This document shows, piece after piece, positions 55,083 through 61,394 of a stretch of DNA of 61,394 bases (position 1 is the stretch's first letter; every line of letters starts with the position of its first letter). Origin of the DNA: Candidatus Levyibacteriota bacterium (GTDB lineage: Bacteria > Patescibacteriota > Microgenomatia > Levybacterales > UBA12049); contig JACRFQ010000008.1 in the NCBI GenBank assembly GCA_016217835.1, positions 1-61,394 of the forward strand, written 5' to 3'. The notes under the pieces are model-generated. The model worked only from the letters and a program-made list of their open reading frames with translations, had not been told where the DNA came from and made no database searches. Made by a program: the position numbers and the translations under genes.

Positions 55083-56064
55083 CCTGAAATCTTGCAATAC
55101 GGGCAAGGGCTTCTTCAACCCTTCTATCGGTGTCCTGATTGCTTTCTTGATTATAAGGCGTTTTGCTTGAAGCTTCTTTTACGCTCTCATCGTAAACAAG
55201 CGAAAGCCCGGTATCCCTTGCAATCTTTTCAAGACTAAGAGATCCTTTCCTAACAACGCTTGGAGGATCCTGCATAAAAGAAACTTGCGTGTGTGATCTT
55301 GCAATACCATTGGCAAATTCATCATTTATGACAAAATGTACTCCCTTCAGCCACTCTTGATGTCTTGCCATTTCCGCTCTTAGTTCTTCCGGTGAATAAC
55401 TTGGACTTTGTCCGTGAATATTTAAAGAACCGCCTGCTAAAACGCCGCTGCCTATTCTGCCCTTTACTTTTTTTGCCAGCTCTTCATATCCGAAATGTCC
55501 GGGAATCCAAAAAAATGCAGCATCTCTATCATCTCTTATCATGCCTAAATCAGGAAGCCTTTCAGGAATTATCGGAAAAATTGCATGCATGGGACCTTTA
55601 TACAATGCCCTTCTTTGTTCCAAATTTTGTAAATGCCTTAGATTTTGAGGCATTCTTTCAAAATCTATAAAATCACCAATGTCATCAGGATGTGCAAAAA
55701 CCACAAGGCTTTGCATCTTATCTCTTTGTTTTATTTTGTCAAAAATTGGATCGCTCTCTCTCTGCGTTCTTTCTTCACGCACTTCAGCAACACCATAAGT
55801 ACCCATCATATTAATAGCGCACCTTTGTCCTAAAGCAAGACGCGTTGCTATTTCTTCGTGATGCGAGGGGTTCCAGATTGAATATGTATCAACAGTAACT
55901 CCGCCTAGTTCCGGATGCCTAAAATTCCAGGGAACCTTATCCCACTGAATCCTAACACCCTCAAACTCTCTATATTTAGGACTCTTTATAACAATTTCTC
56001 TTTTGGGGCTTCGTGTATGTCTTTCTGCAATTACCATATTATTCTTACGATGCAATGCTAGCAC
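55066..56064 (-). CDS. hypothetical protein with a YrdC/Sua5-like core
   Basis: INMMGTYGVAEV, KIKQRDKMQSLVVFA and GGSLNIHGQSP resemble the YrdC-fold blocks (TDTVYG, KxR..PL, SAN.SG). Confidence 0.5.
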   Translation of the reverse strand: MLALHRKNNMVIAERHTRSPKREIVIKSPKYREFEGVRIQWDKVPWNFRHPELGGVTVDTYSIWNPSHHEEIATRLALGQRCAINMMGTYGVAEVREERTQRESDPIFDKIKQRDKMQSLVVFAHPDDIGDFIDFERMPQNLRHLQNLEQRRALYKGPMHAIFPIIPERLPDLGMIRDDRDAAFFWIPGHFGYEELAKKVKGRIGSGVLAGGSLNIHGQSPSYSPEELRAEMARHQEWLKGVHFVINDEFANGIARSHTQVSFMQDPPSVVRKGSLSLEKIARDTGLSLVYDESVKEASSKTPYNQESNQDTDRRVEEALARIARFQASLVA

Positions 56065-56145
56065 AAACTAACTCAATTTGACAAGCTTACTAGTTTATTT
56101 GTATGCTGAAAAAGAGGGCTTCTAGTCCGGAGAGGGGGTGAAAAA

Positions 56146-56460
56146 ATGAATTTAGTATTAGCATTTTTTGCAGGAATGTTTTTAACAAACGGCGTTCCTC
56201 ATTTAGTATCGGGAATTGCAGGCAAAAGCCACATGACGCTTTTAGCTAAAAATTCAAGCGCTCTTACCAATGTTGTTTGGGCATATATGAATTTTTTTCT
56301 GGGTATATGGGTTTTAAATTTGTCTGGTGGAAATTTAGCAACGCTTTTTTCGTTAGATAACTATTCCCTAAGCTTTCTTGTCGGGTCGTTATTTATGGCC
56401 ATATCAAATGCCTGGCTTTTTTCTAATCCAAATGCAAGGTTTCCGTGGTTTAAAAAGTAA
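56146..56460 (+). CDS. small hypothetical membrane protein
   Basis: 104 aa, 3 hydrophobic segments. Confidence 0.4.
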   Translation: MNLVLAFFAGMFLTNGVPHLVSGIAGKSHMTLLAKNSSALTNVVWAYMNFFLGIWVLNLSGGNLATLFSLDNYSLSFLVGSLFMAISNAWLFSNPNARFPWFKK

Positions 56461-56498
56461 TAATTAATGATTGATTGTTAATGATTAATCATTCGTGG

Positions 56499-56918
56499 TT
56501 ATTTTGCGGGTTCGTCTGGGGACACGGCGGTTGGCACCGCATTTCTTGTATAGCCTGCCAGAATTTCTTTAACCATATCGACTATTTGTTTTGGGTCGTG
56601 TTCGCTTTTTACAATGTATTTAACAGCACCCTTTAAAAGCGCTTCTTCGGCATCCTGCTGGCCTGCAAGATTAGTTAACATTACTACCGGTAAGATATGC
56701 GTATCGGGATTTGCCTTTAACTTATCAAGAGTCTGCAAGCCATTCATTTTAGGCATCATGATATCTAAAAGAATCAGGGTAGGTTTATTCATCCTTACTT
56801 TTTCAAGCGCCTCTTCCCCATTCGTTGCAGTATCCACATCATAATGCTCAAGCGTAAAAATCTTTTGATACATCCTAAGCATTAACGGGTCGTCTTCTGT
56901 AATTAAAATCCTAGCCAT
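56499..56918 (-). CDS. single-domain response regulator (CheY-like)
   Basis: ILITEDDPLM, LILLDIMMPKMNG, MLTNL. Confidence 0.85.
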   Translation of the reverse strand: MARILITEDDPLMLRMYQKIFTLEHYDVDTATNGEEALEKVRMNKPTLILLDIMMPKMNGLQTLDKLKANPDTHILPVVMLTNLAGQQDAEEALLKGAVKYIVKSEHDPKQIVDMVKEILAGYTRNAVPTAVSPDEPAK

Positions 56919-56935
56919 ATATTATATAATACACC

Positions 56936-59695
56936 CTATACTTCTTTTTTTGCAACCGGAATGGTAAATGAAAATACCGAACCATTCCCCACACTGGAAT
57001 TTTCAAGCTGAATTTTTCCTCCCATGTTATCAATCATTAATTTTGAGATATACAAACCAAGACCCGTGCCTTTTGTTGTATCTCTTGTTAAAATACTTTC
57101 TCCTGTTTGCTGAAATTTTCTAAACAGGAGATTTTGTTGTTCAGCTGGTATCCCTCTTCCCGTATCTGCAAACGAAACTTTCACAAAACCATTAGCCTGC
57201 GAAATATTTATAGTTATACTACCTTTTTCCGTATACTTAATTGCATTACCCAATAAATTCAGTATTACTTCTCCCAATCTATCTTTATCCGCATAAATCC
57301 TAAATCCGTCAAGCTCTTCCTTTTGGAAGCTAACCGAAAGCCCCTTTTCTTTAGCCATGCCACCCACTTCTTCTATTTCTTTATTAATCAGTTCTGAAAT
57401 ATCAAAATTTTCAAGCTTAAATTCCATTTTTCCCTGCTCAAGACGCGACACACTCAAAAAGTCATTTACTATTTCGATAAGTCTTACACTCGAAGAATAA
57501 ATATCGTCTATCATTTCTTCCAAATCTTTATTTCCCTTAATCGTATCCCCATAATACTGCTTAATAAGTGAAGTATTTCCTCTTATGGCAGTCAACGGAG
57601 TCCTTAATTCATGCGAAGCTATGGAAAAGAACTCGTCTTTTGACCTGTCGAGTATTTTTTCTTCTGTAATATCATCTACCAACACTACGCAGCCTAGTAC
57701 ATCAGCAAGTTCTGTAATTGGAGTAATAACAATTTTTAGAAATCTACTTTGAAACGGAAATTCTTTAACTAAAATTGGCTTACGCTCCTTAACAGACTGA
57801 TTAATGAGAGTTCGGAGATTAATCGCACCTTTTAGTTCGTCTTCTATGTGCTGCAGCGTACAGCCTTGAATTGTTGCCAAAGGAGATGCGCTGGAAGCGC
57901 ATAGAATATTTCTTGCCGCCTGGTTAATAACAACAATATTATTCTCTCTGTCAGTCATAATAAAACCAACAGCTAAAGAGCTAATTGAAGCGGTAAGTTT
58001 GATATGCGCTTTTGTCAACTCAAGCGTCCTTTCTTTGACTTTTTGCTCTACTCCTTCTTTTTCTTTTCTTAGCTCTTCTGTAAGGTTTCTTTCTTTAGTA
58101 ACATCTCTTTCTAATCCAACATAAAACTTTATATTTTTGTTTTCATCTAAAATCGGCGATATGCTTATTTCGGCAACATACTCTTCCCCATTTTTCCTTT
58201 TATTTTTAATCTCTCCATCAAAAGCAATTTTCTTTGTCTTAATCGTATCCCACATCTTTTCGTAATAATCTTTTGGCATATTTCCACTCCACAAAGCAGG
58301 AGTTTTACCTAATACTTCTTCCCTTGTATAACCGGTTGTTCTTGCAACAGCGCTATTGGCATAAATAATTACGCCTTTTTCATCGGTTATGATAATATGC
58401 TCATACGCACTTTCCGCTGCCAACTGAAATTTTTGCAGATTATTCTCAAGTTCCCGACTATCTTCTAGAATATTAATGACAGCGCGCTTCGTATCTTCCA
58501 AAAAGGCATTTTTCTCCTCGGTTCCTTTAATAATTTCTTCAAGCTCTTTTGTTTTATTTTTTACTTCCTGTTCCAAAATTTGGCTGGATTGTTTGAGCTT
58601 ATCTGTCATTTCGTTAAACGCTTTTGCAAGCTGACCTAATTCATCGGGGGAAGAATCATCCGCTTTTTTTTCAAGTTCCCCGCCTGCTATTAAATTTGCT
58701 ACATTTGTTAAAGCAATTAGTCTGTTAACGCCTATTCTTTTTAGGAAAAAAACGCTAACAAAGGTGAGGATTGTTGCAGCAAAAATAGTAATTAAAAACA
58801 CGTAAAAAGCAAGTCTAAAGGCCGGCGCAAATACAATCCTTGTCGGATTTTCAACAACAAATATCCATCCGTTCCCTTTATAGCTAAGCCTCCCCTGTTC
58901 CAGCACATGGCTAATCAGAGCATTCTCTTTATAATCAATACTCTTATATACTTCTGTATCTTCTTTCCCGGAAAAAGATTCTTTTATATACGGCGCGTCT
59001 TTCCTGTTTCTTTTTAATATATACTTGTAAGCGTCTTTGTGGTTTGAGGCAATTTCAAAACCTTCTTTGTTAAAAATATGGGTTTCCCCCTCCTCATCGG
59101 ATATATCCCCCAAAAGCTCTATTATTTTGGCCCAATCAATATGTCCCTCCACTACGCCTATAACTTTCCCTCCGGCGCTCTTATCTCTTACGGGAGACAT
59201 AAAAACCATAGTGGGAACATTGCCTAATTTTTCCGATATAAAAACGTCTGAATAAACTGTTTCCCCGCTTAAAGCTTTTTTAAAAAGAGGCTTATAAAGC
59301 GGGTCTTCTAATAAGTTTTTCCCTATATTTTGGCTGTTGGCAGATAAAATTTCTTTGCCATTGACATCTATTAACGCAAGCTCTTTCCACACGGGATATA
59401 TAACCTTTAAATCCTCAAATTCCTTTAAAAGAACACTCGTGTGCTCAAGACTTGTTTGGCCTAAAAAGTGCTCTCTTACCTGCTCTCTGTATGAAAAAGC
59501 CTTAAGATTGCTGAATCTTTCGTATAAAAAACTGTCTATATGGCTAAGTGATGATTTGGCCGTCTGATGCTGTTTGGCGCCTATTTGTTTTTCTATTTCG
59601 CCTCTTGAACTAAAATAGATTCCTGTTGAAACAAAAATAGCTGTTATAAAATAAGAAACGCCCAGAATCGAAAAAATTTTTGTAGATAATTTCAT
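56936..59695 (-). CDS. sensor histidine kinase (periplasmic Cache-like, HAMP, PAS, HisKA, HATPase)
   Basis: HAMP DELGQLAKAFNEMTDKL, PAS segments, H-box ASHELRTPLT, GTGLGLYISK. Confidence 0.85.
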   Translation of the reverse strand: MKLSTKIFSILGVSYFITAIFVSTGIYFSSRGEIEKQIGAKQHQTAKSSLSHIDSFLYERFSNLKAFSYREQVREHFLGQTSLEHTSVLLKEFEDLKVIYPVWKELALIDVNGKEILSANSQNIGKNLLEDPLYKPLFKKALSGETVYSDVFISEKLGNVPTMVFMSPVRDKSAGGKVIGVVEGHIDWAKIIELLGDISDEEGETHIFNKEGFEIASNHKDAYKYILKRNRKDAPYIKESFSGKEDTEVYKSIDYKENALISHVLEQGRLSYKGNGWIFVVENPTRIVFAPAFRLAFYVFLITIFAATILTFVSVFFLKRIGVNRLIALTNVANLIAGGELEKKADDSSPDELGQLAKAFNEMTDKLKQSSQILEQEVKNKTKELEEIIKGTEEKNAFLEDTKRAVINILEDSRELENNLQKFQLAAESAYEHIIITDEKGVIIYANSAVARTTGYTREEVLGKTPALWSGNMPKDYYEKMWDTIKTKKIAFDGEIKNKRKNGEEYVAEISISPILDENKNIKFYVGLERDVTKERNLTEELRKEKEGVEQKVKERTLELTKAHIKLTASISSLAVGFIMTDRENNIVVINQAARNILCASSASPLATIQGCTLQHIEDELKGAINLRTLINQSVKERKPILVKEFPFQSRFLKIVITPITELADVLGCVVLVDDITEEKILDRSKDEFFSIASHELRTPLTAIRGNTSLIKQYYGDTIKGNKDLEEMIDDIYSSSVRLIEIVNDFLSVSRLEQGKMEFKLENFDISELINKEIEEVGGMAKEKGLSVSFQKEELDGFRIYADKDRLGEVILNLLGNAIKYTEKGSITINISQANGFVKVSFADTGRGIPAEQQNLLFRKFQQTGESILTRDTTKGTGLGLYISKLMIDNMGGKIQLENSSVGNGSVFSFTIPVAKKEV

Positions 59696-59698
59696 TTG

Positions 59699-60925
59699 TT
59701 AATTTCCCCCTCCCGATTTATTTTTCAATCGCTCGATCTGTTTTTTCAGCTCCACCATTTTTAATTCCCTTCCTATCATCAGCCGGTTCATTTTCTCAAG
59801 CTCTTGATTTTTATTGACTAATTCTTCTTCTGTTTTTTTTATCTGGGTAATGGGAAACCTAACGGCAATATAACCCGTAATTTCCCCTTTATCGCCAAAC
59901 GTAGGACCAATTGATGAGTCAACCCAATAAAAAGTATTGTCTTTTGCTTTATTTTTTATTTCTCCGTGCCAAATTTTTCCGGCCAAAATAGTATCCCATA
60001 TGTTTTTATAAAATGCTTCTTCATGATAACCAGATTTTAAAATTCTGTGGTTTTGGCCTAATAACTCTCCATGAGAATATTTAGATATTTCAATAAATTT
60101 ATCATTAGCATAAATAATATTTCCTTTTATATCTGTTGCGCTAACTATGGCAGCTTTTTCAAGCGCTACTAAAAGCGCGCCGACTTTTATTTCCGTATTC
60201 ATTTTTACAGCGTCGTCTGAAACAGCCGTTTTTTTCTCGTAACCGGAAAACTCCTCTACGCATATTTTCTCTTTTTCTATACCCATGCCAATGAGCTCTG
60301 CATTAGCGTTTACTACCATTTCCGGAGGACCGGCAAGGCAAAAATGTTTGCTTTCGGCATCTTTTACATTTTGTCTGATAATATCTCCGGTAATATGGGT
60401 AAATACTGCCGCCATTGTAAAGTTTGGATTTTGCCTTTCAAGCTCTTTTAGCTCCTCAAGATAGGCAGCGCTTTCCACGTTGCTATTTCCATAAAGAAGA
60501 ACGAGTTTTTGGGGAAGTTTTTGTTCAGTTGCAAAACGGATTACGCTTAAAAACGGCGTAATTCCAATTCCGCCCGCTATAAAAACTACAAATTTTCCTT
60601 CAGCTTTTTTGAGAGAAAAAATTTCCTGCGGACCTGTAATTTCAACAATAAAACCTTTTTCGGCCTCGATTAAAGTCCTTTTAAATCCGCTTCCGGTGTT
60701 GCGGAACGCAATTGAAAAACTGCCTTTGGTATTGGGGGATGAAGCAATTGAAAAATCACGGCTAGCGCCTTTTGCATCCTCAAATTTAAGCTTTGGAATG
60801 GTTATTCTAACATACTGACCGGCGTTAAAAGAAAAAAGATTTGGGTCATATTCAAAAACAGCTTCATAAGTGCTTTCTGCGATACTTTTACAAGAGACAA
60901 GTTTTACGGGCAGTTTTTCAACCAT
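59699..60925 (-). CDS. ferredoxin-NADP-reductase-like (FAD/NAD-binding) module fused to PAS and a coiled coil
   Basis: RDFSIASSP (RxYS), GGIGITPF NAD(P) motif, PAS block GQNHRILKSGYH...WHGEIKNKAKD, C-terminal MIGRELKMVELKKQIE. Confidence 0.75.
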   Translation of the reverse strand: MVEKLPVKLVSCKSIAESTYEAVFEYDPNLFSFNAGQYVRITIPKLKFEDAKGASRDFSIASSPNTKGSFSIAFRNTGSGFKRTLIEAEKGFIVEITGPQEIFSLKKAEGKFVVFIAGGIGITPFLSVIRFATEQKLPQKLVLLYGNSNVESAAYLEELKELERQNPNFTMAAVFTHITGDIIRQNVKDAESKHFCLAGPPEMVVNANAELIGMGIEKEKICVEEFSGYEKKTAVSDDAVKMNTEIKVGALLVALEKAAIVSATDIKGNIIYANDKFIEISKYSHGELLGQNHRILKSGYHEEAFYKNIWDTILAGKIWHGEIKNKAKDNTFYWVDSSIGPTFGDKGEITGYIAVRFPITQIKKTEEELVNKNQELEKMNRLMIGRELKMVELKKQIERLKNKSGGGN

Positions 60926-60926
60926 A

Positions 60927-61394
60927 CTATTTAAGCTTATCCTTTCTTATTTCTTCCAACTGTTTTTTTAGTTCAATCATTTTCAGTTCCCTTCCAACTG
61001 TCAATTTCTGAAACTTTTCAAGCTCTTCTACTTTTTGGTCAAGATTTGCTTTTTGTGCCCTAAGCTCTTCATCAGTTTTTTTTAAGCTCTCCTGCGACTT
61101 ATCAACATCATCAAGCATTTTGTTTATATTTGTAGCAAGTGTTGCAAATTCGTCGTTTCCTTTAACATCTAACTTGTTTTTCGAATTATTAGGATCTTTA
61201 ACTAAATTTACATCCTTATTTAACTTGCTAATTTTTGACAAAACAAACTTGTTGATTAACAATAATACTAAAGCTATGCCTGATACAGACAAAATCACAA
61301 TGAAATACAAAAACTTTACTACCGAAGCCTGACCCAGATTAAATATTACTCTTGGAAGTTCATTTTCAAGAATATAGGAAGGTTTATCATTGTA
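60927..61394 (-). CDS. TM-HAMP-coiled-coil signalling protein (N-terminus beyond the window)
   Basis: The reading frame stays open from 61310 to the window edge. TM segment, HAMP GNDEFATLATNINKMLDDV, C-terminal TVGRELKMIELKKQLE. Confidence 0.65.
   Translation of the reverse strand, partial: YNDKPSYILENELPRVIFNLGQASVVKFLYFIVILSVSGIALVLLLINKFVLSKISKLNKDVNLVKDPNNSKNKLDVKGNDEFATLATNINKMLDDVDKSQESLKKTDEELRAQKANLDQKVEELEKFQKLTVGRELKMIELKKQLEEIRKDKLK

Overview
This AT-rich (~36% GC) window looks like a Candidate Phyla Radiation / Patescibacteria-type bacterium: compact housekeeping genes, an unlinked 16S rRNA gene full of insertions, and many K/I/N-rich membrane proteins. Recognisable content, left to right: a nucleotide-metabolism cluster (two dcd-family genes, tmk); tRNA-Ile and tRNA-Cys; two GT2 glycosyltransferases; a 2284-nt 16S rRNA gene on the minus strand; two RNA/SAM methyltransferases; topA; dprA; mrdA-mreD-mreC-(unknown)-mreB; an O-antigen-ligase/TPR protein; def-(four-helix-bundle gene)-fmt; rpmB; an M50 protease; a GIY-YIG gene; a tRNA-Trp / rpmG / tRNA-Thr-Tyr-Thr cluster; PAP2; galU; a TrpR-like regulator; an IS481-family element with a target-site duplication; secE-nusG-rplK-rplA; a ~6.2-kb accessory island; rplJ-rplL; a large surface protein; two two-component pairs; a LeuA-like plus fused LeuD-LeuC-like plus YrdC-like cluster; and an FNR-PAS/HAMP signalling cluster. 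I found no CRISPR array, reverse transcriptase or recognisable defence system. The most unusual signals are at the DNA/RNA level rather than in a single gene cluster. (1) The 16S gene carries two group I-type introns, at positions 516 and 1406/1407. (2) Several families of hairpin repeats sit in intergenic DNA, inside an intron, and in frame inside essential genes (topA, mrdA, dprA, nusG, mreB, mreD). (3) A ~70-nt nested-hairpin repeat shows compensatory substitutions across copies. (4) The 3' end of rplA is present three times and brackets a PA14-adhesin cassette that splits the rplKAJL operon. All product calls rest on motifs read by eye, and no database search was possible.
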